From positions 19,868 through 83,867 of the IMG/VR virus record IMGVR_UViG_3300020152_000021: a DNA stretch of 64,000 nucleotides. One strand, 5' to 3'. The stretch is from a virus. The translations under genes were made by a program, and so were the position numbers. The stretch's first letter is position 1; each line of letters opens with the position of its first letter. Of this stretch, positions 30,775-41,005 are shown piece by piece. The notes under the pieces are model-generated. The model worked only from the letters and a program-made list of their open reading frames with translations. It was not told the origin of the DNA and did no database searches.

Positions 30775-32262
30775 ATGCAACTTAACCCAACGATGGAGAA
30801 GTTCTATCTCTCTATTCTTGACTACGCTGGTATGAAGCTGGAAAACAATGCGTTCGAGAATAAGAGTGAGAAGCTGGGTCCTATCACTATTGATGACCGT
30901 AAACTGACACTACCTTATTTTGATAATCTGAAGAATCCGGAAAACAAGATTATCTTCCATCCGTTAAACGAGAATTACACGAGTCCTGAGACAACTGTTT
31001 TCAACTTGTTCAAACGGCGTCTGGTATTAGAACTCAATCTGCGACTCAGTTCGCTTATTGTAAGCTTGATTAGTGTTGCTAGTGATGTTCAACTGCAACA
31101 GAAGATCAAGTCTAGCAAACTGATCGAACTGGTCAGTGGTATTGGTGAAGTCGATCTGGGTCTCATTGATACGTTCCTGGATGCATCGAAAGCCAGTCGG
31201 AAGGTAAATGATGAGGGTTTCCTTCTCGATGTGTTCTTGAAAAAGAACGGTGAAATCAATGACACTCCTTACGCTGCAATTGGTAAGGTCAATTTCGTCT
31301 TCTTTAACGAGATTACCAGAGCGTTGTCGGAGAAAGGTGATTATCGCATATTCGGATATAAAGCTACTAAGAAGGCATTGTTGGCTTTTGACAATATCTT
31401 CCGTACTATCTTCCCGAGTATTGATTCTCCTGAAACCTTCATGGAGGGTACAGATAACAAGGTGTTCCGTTATCTGAACATTCTGTTGAGGACTTCGTAT
31501 CAGATTTCACATCGTATTAATGAAGTAGTTGGTTTGCTACAAGAGTTGAATGAACCGACGCTGAATCTAGATGAGATCAAATCGAATCTGGAATGGGTGG
31601 AATGCTTGGAAGATCTTTACAGCATGTCAAGTGAAATTAGGTTGATCCCTAATCAACTTGATCTGTCTGTGGAATCGAATAAGCTCAAACTGGATGAGTC
31701 CAAAGCAAGTGCTGCTGCGCCTGCAACTGCACAAACTCAAGCTCCTCAGTTTGATCCATCTCGTGCTCAAGCAGCGTCTCAGCCACAAGCTCAACCTGCT
31801 TATCCTCAGGCTGCTCAAGCGCCTCGTCAATTGACACCTGAAGAAATCATTCGTGGAAGTATCGGACCTGTTGTAGCACAACCTATGATGCAACCAGGTA
31901 TGATGCAACCCGGCATGATGATGGCAGGACAACCGATGCAGCAGACCTCCTTTACTCCTTCATGGGTATTGCAAGAGCAAATGAGGACGGGTCAAGTTCC
32001 ACAGCAGCAAATGCAGCCGGTAATGCAGCCGATGCAACCCATGCAGCCAATGATGCAAACCGTAATGACTCCTCAGGGTGTAATGATGGTACCGCAGCAG
32101 CAAATGCAACCTGTGATGCAATCAATGGGACAACCAATGATGCAGCAGGTAATGACGCCGCAAGGTCCGATGTTGGTGCCGGTTCAACAACAACCTCAAG
32201 AGACTTCGTTGCAGATCAATCCGCACTTTATTCAGCAACGAAGCGCTGCTCCCTGGGGTTAA
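30775..32262 (+). CDS. phiKZ gp70-position protein with Q/M/P-rich low-complexity tail
   Basis: FHPLNE motif, gene order; the C-terminal third is dominated by QPMMQ-like repeats. Confidence 0.6.
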   Translation: MQLNPTMEKFYLSILDYAGMKLENNAFENKSEKLGPITIDDRKLTLPYFDNLKNPENKIIFHPLNENYTSPETTVFNLFKRRLVLELNLRLSSLIVSLISVASDVQLQQKIKSSKLIELVSGIGEVDLGLIDTFLDASKASRKVNDEGFLLDVFLKKNGEINDTPYAAIGKVNFVFFNEITRALSEKGDYRIFGYKATKKALLAFDNIFRTIFPSIDSPETFMEGTDNKVFRYLNILLRTSYQISHRINEVVGLLQELNEPTLNLDEIKSNLEWVECLEDLYSMSSEIRLIPNQLDLSVESNKLKLDESKASAAAPATAQTQAPQFDPSRAQAASQPQAQPAYPQAAQAPRQLTPEEIIRGSIGPVVAQPMMQPGMMQPGMMMAGQPMQQTSFTPSWVLQEQMRTGQVPQQQMQPVMQPMQPMQPMMQTVMTPQGVMMVPQQQMQPVMQSMGQPMMQQVMTPQGPMLVPVQQQPQETSLQINPHFIQQRSAAPWG

Positions 32263-32303
32263 TAAAAAACAAATAGATTGGTTTAACTACGTTAATAACT
32301 AAA

Positions 32304-32510
32304 ATGGATATTGTAGACCGATCTGATATTGAAATTGACAACTATATCAAAGGCACTATTAGGAATAACCTTTCCAAAGGTCCTCGCAATGGTGGCTTAA
32401 CTCCACAAGGGTTTTGCTACAATTGCGAAAAAGATATTCCTAAGCCGAAACTATTCTGTAACGGTGACTGTGCTAAGCAACATGATATAGCTAATAGAAG
32501 AGGAAGATAA
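32304..32510 (+). CDS. Small C4 zinc-finger protein, TraR/DksA-like
   Basis: N-terminal DIVDRS (DxxDxA-like), CYNC...FCNGDC. Confidence 0.55.
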   Translation: MDIVDRSDIEIDNYIKGTIRNNLSKGPRNGGLTPQGFCYNCEKDIPKPKLFCNGDCAKQHDIANRRGR

Positions 32511-32514
32511 TAGA

Positions 32515-32543
32515 AGCTATCCGAGGGTACACCTCGGATAGCT
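32515..32543. terminator. Bidirectional terminator hairpin
   Basis: AGCTATCCGAGG...CCTCGGATAGCT plus T-tract, between convergent genes. Confidence 0.8.
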
Positions 32544-32554
32544 TTTTCTTTTGT

Positions 32555-32851
32555 TTAGGAAGAAGGGATAGGTGGTTTAATTGCTAGTTGAAATGTATAC
32601 TTATCACCCATAAAGTCTACTGGGTTATGATAACCATTAATATACATCGTATATAAAAACAGATTCGGAGAAATGTTCAATTGCCTAAATAAGCCAAACA
32701 AGTTTCCTTGATATTTATAAGCTACACTGGGATCAATATTTATTTCTTTAAACTCATAGTTGGCTTTGATATAATCGAGATATTGTAAGTTATCGTTCAA
32801 TTGAATTACATTATCAAACGAATAGTCATTTACTTGAAATGATTCTAACAT
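32555..32851 (-). CDS. Hypothetical phage protein
   Basis: 98-aa ORF with RBS AAGGAA. Confidence 0.6.
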   Translation of the reverse strand: MLESFQVNDYSFDNVIQLNDNLQYLDYIKANYEFKEINIDPSVAYKYQGNLFGLFRQLNISPNLFLYTMYINGYHNPVDFMGDKYTFQLAIKPPIPSS

Positions 32852-33051
32852 TTTACATTCCTTTGTATCAATCTTTAGTCACAGGATCTTCTCTAGGAGA
32901 TTAAAAAAGTACTAAAAACGGAATCCTTCGAACAACAGAGAAAACAACAACCATGCCGACAAACGCTCATCATAAATATTTCCATAAAGAAACATCAGTG
33001 GTAGATAGCTGTTTCTTATTAGTAGCAAAGTAAGTAATTAAAAAGAACTAT

Positions 33052-33081
33052 GAAGAAGACTCTCCATAAAGAGTCTTCTTC
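33052..33081. terminator. Hairpin
   Basis: GAAGAAGACTCT...AGAGTCTTCTTC. Confidence 0.55.
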
Positions 33082-33098
33082 TAAGAGTTATTGTTTCG

Positions 33099-33130
33099 GA
33101 AGCATCTATAGTTGCATATATATAATATGT
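33099..33130 (+). promoter_or_regulatory. Putative phage early promoter, copy 2
   Basis: GAA-N8-AGTTGCATATATATAAT. Confidence 0.65.
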
Positions 33131-33165
33131 AGGTGTTAACGAATACTTCAAAAGGAGAACAAACC

Positions 33166-35256
33166 GTGGGAAGAACTGAATTGAAAATGGAGTTTCTTGG
33201 AAGCTCCGCTCTTAATAGTTTCATTCTAAACACTAGCTCACCCCGAGCGGTAATGGATTTTAATCACGTCAGCCAACATTTACCTCTGCTGACTCCCGAC
33301 GAATGTGTATTGAAAACTGGTATTGAATACGAGTTTGGAAAATATATTAACGACGTTCGTGTTGACCACGAATGTGTAGTGAAAGCAGTAATTCCGAAGT
33401 ATAAAGAATACGGCGTAACAGAACCTCCGGTCTATACTCTGTTGGTCGAATATGAAGAAGACGGTCATATCGTGATTGATTTTATCGATGTCGATACATA
33501 TCGTTCTTCTCATACGTTCTTCGGTTATAAACTGAAACCCACTGCTGACTTCTTAAACATTGGTTATAACACACCGCTTCCGAAAGATACCATTTTAGCT
33601 ACTACCGATAGCTTGGGTGACGAAGGGGATTATCGATATGGCTTGAATGCGAACGTGGCATTTATGTCTCATCCTTCGGTCTCTGAAGACGGATTTGTTG
33701 TCTCGGAGAGTTTCTTAAAACGAGCGCAATCTCATTCTATTGTTAAACGTGTCATCAACATTACCAAAGATACGATTCCGATCAATCTCTACGGTGATAA
33801 AGACATCTTCAAGTTCCTTCCTAACATCGGGGAAGCAGTAAGACCTGATGGATTGCTGTGCGCCTTGCGTACACGGAATGACTGGTTTAGTGTGTCGGAC
33901 ATGAATACTAATAACATCTCTGAACCGGATGTTACTTTCGATAACTTAGTGTATGTGAATCCAAACTCTACGGTTATCGATATTAATATCATTCGTGGTA
34001 ATTATAATAAGCCTGAGTTTAGCGGTAAGATGACGCAACAGCTCGATCAGTATGCAGAAATGCTTATTAACTATTACCGCAATGTGGTTAACAAGTATGA
34101 ACAAATCATGCAAGAGAAGAAGGCCATGTACGGCAATAACGTCGAAAACGTTGTGAAGCTGTCGCCTAAACTCAATCGCTTCATTGCTGATAGCATGATC
34201 AAGATCAATATGGCAACCTATGGTAAGAACAAGCTGTCGCATCGTAAGTTACCGATTGATCAATACCGTATTGAAATTACCACTATCTCTACCATCAAAC
34301 CGAATCATGGACACAAGATGACAGACATTCACGCAGCCAAAGGCGTGATTTGTCGTGTGTTACCAGATGAAATGATGCCTGTGGATGAACTTGGCAATCG
34401 CGTTGATGTGATTACTGATAGTATGTCAACTATTTCTCGTATGAATCTGGGACGAGCGTATCAAGCTTATCTCGGCGCGGTATCGAGAGATGAACGACAA
34501 AGGTTTATCAATCATTTCGTTGCGAAGTATGGTACTGATTTCTTATCTAAAGTAACTCAGGACGATTTGGCATTCGTGCGTGATCATCTGCATAGCTTGT
34601 ATTCGATGATCAATCCGGATATGCAAGAGTTTATTACTTCTCTTAACCAAGAAGAACTCTATGCGCATTTTAAACGGATCGTGGAACACAATCTGACGAT
34701 CTACTATCCGCCGGATAATGATTACAATATCACTGATGTTATTTACAATATTGACACAAGTAAACATAAACCCCATATTGGCAAGCTAACTTATATCGAT
34801 GAACTTGGAAACAAAGTAACGACCAACGAAGATATTCGTGTCGGACAGTTGTATTTCATGTTCCTTGAAAAGATTGCTAACAATTATTCTGGTGTGAGTT
34901 CGAGTAAGGTCAACAACTTTGGCTTCCCGGTCAAAGGTACTAACTTGGATAAGTTTAAGTATCCGCACTCGTTAACGCCGACTAAGACACTCGGTGAGAC
35001 AGAAATGCGTATTCTGGAAAGCTTTGCTCCTCCGGAAATGATTGCTGATCTGATCGATATTACTCTCAATCCTATTTCTCATAAGCTTCTTATTAAGAGT
35101 ATTCTAGAAGGTAACACTGGCTTTGATCCCAACTTTAACATTGATAGACAAAAAGTGGAATACGGTCAGACCAAATCACTCATGATTCTCAAGCATATTT
35201 TCAATGCTTGTGGCTTTGATATCACCTATGAGGGAACTACCAATGTTGAAGGTTAA
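33166..35256 (+). CDS. Non-virion RNAP beta-like subunit (phiKZ gp71/73-like)
   Basis: SEDGFVVSESF, GHKMTDIHAAKGVI, VDVI..STISRMNLG, LGETE; GTG start after AAAGGAG; no intron evident. Confidence 0.85.
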   Translation: MGRTELKMEFLGSSALNSFILNTSSPRAVMDFNHVSQHLPLLTPDECVLKTGIEYEFGKYINDVRVDHECVVKAVIPKYKEYGVTEPPVYTLLVEYEEDGHIVIDFIDVDTYRSSHTFFGYKLKPTADFLNIGYNTPLPKDTILATTDSLGDEGDYRYGLNANVAFMSHPSVSEDGFVVSESFLKRAQSHSIVKRVINITKDTIPINLYGDKDIFKFLPNIGEAVRPDGLLCALRTRNDWFSVSDMNTNNISEPDVTFDNLVYVNPNSTVIDINIIRGNYNKPEFSGKMTQQLDQYAEMLINYYRNVVNKYEQIMQEKKAMYGNNVENVVKLSPKLNRFIADSMIKINMATYGKNKLSHRKLPIDQYRIEITTISTIKPNHGHKMTDIHAAKGVICRVLPDEMMPVDELGNRVDVITDSMSTISRMNLGRAYQAYLGAVSRDERQRFINHFVAKYGTDFLSKVTQDDLAFVRDHLHSLYSMINPDMQEFITSLNQEELYAHFKRIVEHNLTIYYPPDNDYNITDVIYNIDTSKHKPHIGKLTYIDELGNKVTTNEDIRVGQLYFMFLEKIANNYSGVSSSKVNNFGFPVKGTNLDKFKYPHSLTPTKTLGETEMRILESFAPPEMIADLIDITLNPISHKLLIKSILEGNTGFDPNFNIDRQKVEYGQTKSLMILKHIFNACGFDITYEGTTNVEG

Positions 35257-37168
35257 TGCGAGAGACATATTTAATATTCCAAGACAAGATGTATGGAATA
35301 TTCAACAGGGTGATTATGAAGTGTTATATGAAGATGGCAAAGTTGTCATCAATCGACATAAAGAATTAATCTTTAATCGTTATGCGTGGGAACTGATTAC
35401 TATGTTTCCCAATACGCCTATTACTTCGAGTTGCGATATTAAATCCATCATTGGTGATGGGTACTATAACGCTGATACTCATATTAAGCTTCTGGAATGC
35501 ATCTTCAAGCATATCTGTGAAGTCAATAATCTTAACTTTTATCATCAAAAAGATCCTTTACTCAAGCTTACTTATAGAGTCTTTAATCTGATTTTCAATG
35601 ATATCGTGCAACGAGTGTCGGCTGATGTATCGACTATCGACGCGATGGACTTTATTAACTTGGTAAGAGACGAAGAGATCGTTAAGATTCATAGCAATTT
35701 GAAGCCTGTTCCTGAATCGATCGATAAGGCTTATAAAGAAATTAAACAGTATGTGAACAAAGGCACAAACAATAATCGCTTCGCGCGTGCCTATCGTTCT
35801 AAAGCGATTAACGAAAATCAAGCGAATCAGTGTATCGGTCCTCGTGGCGTGGTCACTGATCTTGATCGTTCTGTATTTACCCAACCCATCATGAATGGGT
35901 TTATTAAAGGCATGGGAAACTTGTTCGAGATGATTACCGAATCACGAACAGCAGCTAAGTCTCTCAATGCTAACGATACACATATTAAAATGTCGGAGTA
36001 TGCATCGCGTCGTATCCAGCTTCTCACGATGTCTGTGACAGGCGTCGATACCTGCGATTGCTGTAGTACCGAGTACATGGATATTCTCGTTACTAAAGAC
36101 GTTTTAGATAATATCAAGGGTAAGTATTACGTCACTGCTAATGGTAGTTTGGATTATATTCGTGGAAACGAACATCATCTTCTTAACACTATCATTAAGA
36201 TTCGTACTGCTTTTGGATGTAAAGCTCCTGACCCTACTAAAATCTGTACAACGTGTTTGGGTAAGATCTCTGAAAACTTCAAAGAGAATAGCAATCTTGG
36301 GTATACCATGACTGCGTTCTTGATGGAGAAAATGACACAGACGATTCTCTCTACTAAGCACTTAACCCACAGCGTAAGAAAATCTCTTATCAAGTTACAA
36401 GGTGCTGCAAACAAGTACTTTTATACGGATGACGAGAATAACATATATTTTAATAAAGATCTTAATCTAAAAGGGTTCTATCTTATTCTACCCAATAGCA
36501 AGTTGAATAAACTCGTTGACGTGTTGAATTTGCAACATACCAACATTGCGTTGAATAAGATTGGTGAACTGGAAACTATTATTATTCGGGATACGAACCA
36601 TAAGAATCCTATCCAGGAAACAGTGGATATTTCGTATAAAGATCGGATGTCGATTATCACTAAACCGTTGTTGGAATATATTAAGTCCATCACGTTAGAA
36701 AGTGATTCTAGAGGTAACTTTGTGATTCCTTTAGATACGTTTAATAAAGAAAATCCCGTCTTTAATAACCCGCTTAAAGAAGATAATATTATTTCGTTTG
36801 TGAATAAGATCGCCAGCATGATTGAAGCGAATAAGGATAAAATCACTGATCCTTATGAGAAATTGATCACGATCTTTAACACCGTTATTGATAAATTCAA
36901 ATGTAATATTTCAGTTATTGAGGTCATTGTATACGCAACAACTACCTACAATGCGTTCAATAATAATTATAGGCTAGGAAGAAATAGCGTGCATCCAAGA
37001 TGTGAAAATAAGACTCTGTTGTTTAGGCATCGTAGTCTGTCTCAGCTTTTGGTGTACGAAGAGCAAAGTAAAGAAATCATTTCCAATGCTCCTATTATCT
37101 TCAGTAATGTAAACCGAATGGATCATCCATGTGATGTGTTGTTCCGTCCGCAAGATATTGTAAAGTAA
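35243..37168 (+). CDS. Non-virion RNAP beta-prime-like subunit (phiKZ gp74-like)
   Basis: QCIGPRG, SEYASRRIQL (bridge-helix-like), ICTTCLG zinc site, TQTILSTKH (trigger-loop-like). Confidence 0.85.
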   Translation: MLKVNARDIFNIPRQDVWNIQQGDYEVLYEDGKVVINRHKELIFNRYAWELITMFPNTPITSSCDIKSIIGDGYYNADTHIKLLECIFKHICEVNNLNFYHQKDPLLKLTYRVFNLIFNDIVQRVSADVSTIDAMDFINLVRDEEIVKIHSNLKPVPESIDKAYKEIKQYVNKGTNNNRFARAYRSKAINENQANQCIGPRGVVTDLDRSVFTQPIMNGFIKGMGNLFEMITESRTAAKSLNANDTHIKMSEYASRRIQLLTMSVTGVDTCDCCSTEYMDILVTKDVLDNIKGKYYVTANGSLDYIRGNEHHLLNTIIKIRTAFGCKAPDPTKICTTCLGKISENFKENSNLGYTMTAFLMEKMTQTILSTKHLTHSVRKSLIKLQGAANKYFYTDDENNIYFNKDLNLKGFYLILPNSKLNKLVDVLNLQHTNIALNKIGELETIIIRDTNHKNPIQETVDISYKDRMSIITKPLLEYIKSITLESDSRGNFVIPLDTFNKENPVFNNPLKEDNIISFVNKIASMIEANKDKITDPYEKLITIFNTVIDKFKCNISVIEVIVYATTTYNAFNNNYRLGRNSVHPRCENKTLLFRHRSLSQLLVYEEQSKEIISNAPIIFSNVNRMDHPCDVLFRPQDIVK

Positions 37169-37174
37169 AGTACG

Positions 37175-37210
37175 AAGAACACCCTTATACGTAAGGGTGT
37201 TCTTTTTTAT
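37175..37210 (+). terminator. Intrinsic terminator
   Basis: AAGAACACCCTTA-TACG-TAAGGGTGTTCTT plus T-tract. Confidence 0.8.
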
Positions 37211-37244
37211 TTTAGTTGGTAGATGAGAACACAAGGGACTAATA

Positions 37245-37469
37245 ATGAACGATAAAGTTCAAACTCTCACGCAAAGCCGTGTAATTCCAATTAAAGTAAA
37301 AGATATCGAAGCAATGGGGGTTTGCTATCGATGCCGCTGTTCCGGAAAGAAAGATGCTCTTAAACATTTCGATCCTAAAAATATGATATTTGGTGCATTG
37401 TATTTCATGACGAGTCATAATCATTGTAATAGTTGTTCTGGCGAAGGATTCTGGAAGAGGATTCAATAA
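37245..37469 (+). CDS. Small DnaJ-type zinc-finger protein
   Basis: CYRCRCSG...CNSCSGEG. Confidence 0.6.
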   Translation: MNDKVQTLTQSRVIPIKVKDIEAMGVCYRCRCSGKKDALKHFDPKNMIFGALYFMTSHNHCNSCSGEGFWKRIQ

Positions 37470-37472
37470 CAG

Positions 37473-37503
37473 GAAAGATTCGAGTTACATATATAGTAAT
37501 TGA
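37473..37503 (+). promoter_or_regulatory. Putative phage early promoter, copy 3
   Basis: GAA-N7-AGTTACATATATAGTAAT. Confidence 0.6.
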
Positions 37504-37526
37504 AATGTAACGTAAAGGAGAAATAA

Positions 37527-37751
37527 ATGCATGTTTTAGTTGATCATCGTTCAATTAAAATCCAAGTTAAAGATATAGCAGAACTATCTTCTACTTGCGT
37601 TTGTCGACGCTGTAAAGGTTCTGGTGAAGTATCTAATATGATTTATTACAATCCTAGTGCTGGTTATAGAGGTGGTCTTTACTATGTAACCAACACAAAC
37701 ACCTGTCCCGTGTGCGAAGGTAGGGGATACTGGAAAGTACCTCAACAATAA
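37527..37751 (+). CDS. Small DnaJ-type zinc-finger protein, paralog of 37245-37469
   Basis: IxVKDI, CRRCKGSG...CPVCEGRG, GxLY, WK shared with its neighbour; RBS AAGGAG. Confidence 0.65.
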   Translation: MHVLVDHRSIKIQVKDIAELSSTCVCRRCKGSGEVSNMIYYNPSAGYRGGLYYVTNTNTCPVCEGRGYWKVPQQ

Positions 37752-37852
37752 CTGTTTCGTAATGAACTCTAGTAGTTAACGCTACTAGAGTTCTTTTATA
37801 TAAAAAACTAATCGAGTAATTTGGTGATAGAATTCCTACAATGGAGTAATTT

Positions 37853-38122
37853 ATGAACAAACCCACGGTAAAAATAGAATGTCCTGGTGTCGCGGAAGAA
37901 GTAAATGAAAATAAAACTAAGACATTAGGTAACAGCACTATTAAAGTTATTAACCAAAGTGATACTTTCGCTGGAGTGTTTGCATTAATTGTTATAGTTG
38001 TTCCTTGGTTAGCAGGATTGGCGATAGCTAAAGGTTTCTGGCAAACTTTCTGTGCTATATTTCCACCATACGCATGGTATTTGGTGGTTGAAAAAGTCAT
38101 GAAAGCATACGGTGTATTGTGA
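37853..38122 (+). CDS. Small membrane protein
   Basis: Hydrophobic segments, PWLAG..AKGFW...FPPYAWY; RBS GGAG. Confidence 0.6.
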   Translation: MNKPTVKIECPGVAEEVNENKTKTLGNSTIKVINQSDTFAGVFALIVIVVPWLAGLAIAKGFWQTFCAIFPPYAWYLVVEKVMKAYGVL

Positions 38123-39636
38123 GCGTTTCTTTAACGTTCTATAATCTCTCAGTAAAGTTAGAGACGAAAGACATGGTTCTTTTGTCTCATATATCTCGTT
38201 TTCTAGAAAAGTATTATACCGTTAAAGGTAAAGGGTTTTCTCCTAACGTTCCGGTAGAAGATAAACTCTTTGCTAGTAAGATTAAGAACAGAGGTATATA
38301 TTTTCTCCATCACAACCAATTCATTCATCTCTATCAACATTTAAAGGAAATCAATTATCCTTTAGTTGTAGAGAACAAAATCGATGAAAGAGATTACACA
38401 CCAATTCCTGCAGATATGTCTGTAAGAGACGGTTGGGTGTTGAGAGAAAAGCAAGTACCTGTTGCCGAATTTATTTTAGATAATCCTACTAAGTCTAAAC
38501 TGATCCCATTAAACATGGGTTCTGGTAAAACATTTGTATCTTTACATTCCATTGCGCAGCTAAAACAACGTTTAGCGATTGTTATTCTTCCAGCTTACAT
38601 TGATAAATGGGTAGGAGATATTGCTACTATTCATAACGCTACGACAAGTGACGTTATGACGATTCAAGGCTCTAAAGAAGTCAGAGCTTTAATTCAAATT
38701 GCGCAAAGTGGTAAACTAGAACATAAGTATTACATCTTTAGTAACCGTACTCTTGCCGAGTATATTAAGAGTTATGAAGAAGATCCTGAGTTGTGTGTAG
38801 ATATGTACGGTGCAGCGCCTATAGATCTATTCCCGCTCTTAGGTATTGGAACATTACTAGTAGATGAAACCCATCAACACTTTCATTCTATTTTTAAGAT
38901 CCTTTTATACAGCAACGTCAAATTCCAACTTGGTTTATCTGCAACTTTAATGTCAGATGAACATGTGGTGCGACGTGTACACAAGGTAGTGTATCCTGGT
39001 AACACCGTCTACGGTGACGCTATGATTAAGAAGTACATAGATGTTTATCCAACAGCCTATGTTATACCGGAACACTTAAAGAAGCTATTCAGAACAAATA
39101 CATACGGCTCGAATCACTACTCTCATATTGCTTTTGAACAAAGCATCATGAAGAGAAGAGATCTAGTCGAACGCTACTATCGGATCATTGATAGTAATAT
39201 ACAGGATTATTACATCTCAGAATACCAGCAAAAAGATAAGCTATTGATCTTTGTGGCAACTATTCAATTAGCTACTCAATTGACTAAGTTTCTGACAGAA
39301 AAGTATCCAGATAAGATTGTCAATCGCTATTGTGATGATGATCCTTATGAAAACTTAATGACTTCAGATATCATTGTCTCTACAGTGTTATCGTCAGGAA
39401 CAGCGGTTGATATTCCTGATTTACGAGTCGTTATACAAACCGTATCTATTTCTTCTCCGGTAAGTAATCTGCAAGCATTAGGTCGTCTTCGTGAATTACC
39501 TAATCGAGATGTGAAGTTCTGTTATCTGTATTCGGATAACATTGCTAAACAAAAAGCTTACCATATGAAACGAGTAGAACTATTTAAAGATAGAACAGCA
39601 AACATCGCTTATAGAAGAAGTAGAGTTAGTTTTTAG
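38119..39636 (+). CDS. Superfamily 2 DExH helicase (phiKZ gp75-like)
   Basis: GSGKT, VDETH, LSAT, QALGRLR. Confidence 0.85.
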   Translation: MSVSLTFYNLSVKLETKDMVLLSHISRFLEKYYTVKGKGFSPNVPVEDKLFASKIKNRGIYFLHHNQFIHLYQHLKEINYPLVVENKIDERDYTPIPADMSVRDGWVLREKQVPVAEFILDNPTKSKLIPLNMGSGKTFVSLHSIAQLKQRLAIVILPAYIDKWVGDIATIHNATTSDVMTIQGSKEVRALIQIAQSGKLEHKYYIFSNRTLAEYIKSYEEDPELCVDMYGAAPIDLFPLLGIGTLLVDETHQHFHSIFKILLYSNVKFQLGLSATLMSDEHVVRRVHKVVYPGNTVYGDAMIKKYIDVYPTAYVIPEHLKKLFRTNTYGSNHYSHIAFEQSIMKRRDLVERYYRIIDSNIQDYYISEYQQKDKLLIFVATIQLATQLTKFLTEKYPDKIVNRYCDDDPYENLMTSDIIVSTVLSSGTAVDIPDLRVVIQTVSISSPVSNLQALGRLRELPNRDVKFCYLYSDNIAKQKAYHMKRVELFKDRTANIAYRRSRVSF

Positions 39637-39690
39637 CAAGAGAGATAACCACTATCTCTCTTTCTTTTTTTATTCAGGGATAATAGGATT

Positions 39691-40350
39691 ATGTCTACAC
39701 AAGTTATTTTTATTGATGGACCTCATGCTGTAGGTAAAGACTACTTCATCGAAAATTTGATTAAGCAGTTAAAGGAAGAACAACCAGAAAAGAAAGTAGA
39801 AGTACTTAGAGCAACGGACTTCCTTACGCCTCTTATTAAAACGAATAGGTTCTATGAACACGATAATAAGTTAAGCACTGAGAACCATGCGATTTTCCAT
39901 GGTCATCTACGACTTATGAACCGTATTAAAGAACTCATTGATTATAAACTAGCTGATCTGGTTATCGTTAATAGAAGCTTTGCTAGTTTTTTAATCTATA
40001 ATCTTAATACAGATTTCAATAACAATACCCCACAACTCAACACCATTCTGTCGGAAGACAAGCGACAGTTTATCGATTCGTATACCAGAACGTTTAAGAA
40101 TATGTTCAGGTATATCTCGACGTTGTTTATCAATCTTACCATCGACGGTGGTACAATTGATGAAAAGGTAGACAATATCGTTGCTCGAATTAAGAGTCGT
40201 AGCGAAAACAAAGAAGTTAATGTAGGATATTTGACTTACTTGACAAAGAGTTATAGCGGATTAGATAACATTTTCACGGATATGTTTAACGAACACCAAG
40301 AACTGAAATCAGGATCTTTCCACTACGTGATTGCCAAATACCTCACTTAA
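39691..40350 (+). CDS. P-loop nucleotide kinase (dNMP/thymidylate kinase-like)
   Basis: IFIDGPHAVGKD P-loop; VIVNRSFAS; RIKSRS lid. Confidence 0.6.
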   Translation: MSTQVIFIDGPHAVGKDYFIENLIKQLKEEQPEKKVEVLRATDFLTPLIKTNRFYEHDNKLSTENHAIFHGHLRLMNRIKELIDYKLADLVIVNRSFASFLIYNLNTDFNNNTPQLNTILSEDKRQFIDSYTRTFKNMFRYISTLFINLTIDGGTIDEKVDNIVARIKSRSENKEVNVGYLTYLTKSYSGLDNIFTDMFNEHQELKSGSFHYVIAKYLT

Positions 40351-40351
40351 A

Positions 40352-40906
40352 ATGTTTGAACTTGAGTCTCTTCAAAAAGACAAAGAGCTAGTTCAATTAT
40401 GTCTGCCGTTACTTCCTAATGAATACGGAGAACTAGGTCGTTTTATAGATGTAACTTCTATAGACATGCTTTTTGAGAGACTCGTCAAAGCTCGGTTTGA
40501 GCGACTGAAGTTTCTACCTATCAGTAAGTTAACCATCTATAAAACCGCAGACGTTGGACCAGGCTACATTAATTACATGTCTATCTTAGCGTTTCAAGAG
40601 CTAATGGCGTTGAGATTGGTAGACAAAGAAATTCCTATCCATCTTGAATATAAACACGGAAATATATTTACTTCAGTAAAGTCGGTTGATCTGAATCCGA
40701 AAGTATTATTTACTGAAGATACATATCTTCTTGTTAAAGAAGAAACAAACACGATACATAGCATCAAGATAGGTAAACCATGTAATCCGAATTTACTTTA
40801 TTATCGAAGTGAATTAGATAACATTGTTACTACCATAAAGAAACTTGTTACCATTGAAAATGTAAACAGTATTTGGATAAAAGAAGATAGGGATAGTCCT
40901 CTATAA
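40352..40906 (+). CDS. Hypothetical protein
   Basis: ORF starting 1 nt after the kinase stop. Confidence 0.55.
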   Translation: MFELESLQKDKELVQLCLPLLPNEYGELGRFIDVTSIDMLFERLVKARFERLKFLPISKLTIYKTADVGPGYINYMSILAFQELMALRLVDKEIPIHLEYKHGNIFTSVKSVDLNPKVLFTEDTYLLVKEETNTIHSIKIGKPCNPNLLYYRSELDNIVTTIKKLVTIENVNSIWIKEDRDSPL

Positions 40907-40925
40907 AAGAGGACTATCCTTTTTT
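40891..40925 (+). terminator. Intrinsic terminator
   Basis: GGATAGTCCTCT...AGAGGACTATCC plus T-tract. Confidence 0.75.
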
Positions 40926-40950
40926 ACTTGGTTTGTTATCTCTTGAATTG

Positions 40951-40980
40951 GAATAATTACAGTTGCATATATATTATCCG
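40951..40980 (+). promoter_or_regulatory. Putative phage early promoter, copy 4
   Basis: GAA-N7-AGTTGCATATATATTAT. Confidence 0.6.
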
Positions 40981-41005
40981 AATAACATTCATGCGTTAGA
41001 GAATT

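Noticed and set aside
32953-33033. 26-codon ORF in the gap before the nvRNAP beta gene
   Set aside because: No RBS and no recognisable features.
33166-37168. Introns or inteins in RNAP genes, as occur in some phiKZ relatives
   Set aside because: ORFs are continuous and of expected size; no homing endonuclease or intein motifs seen.
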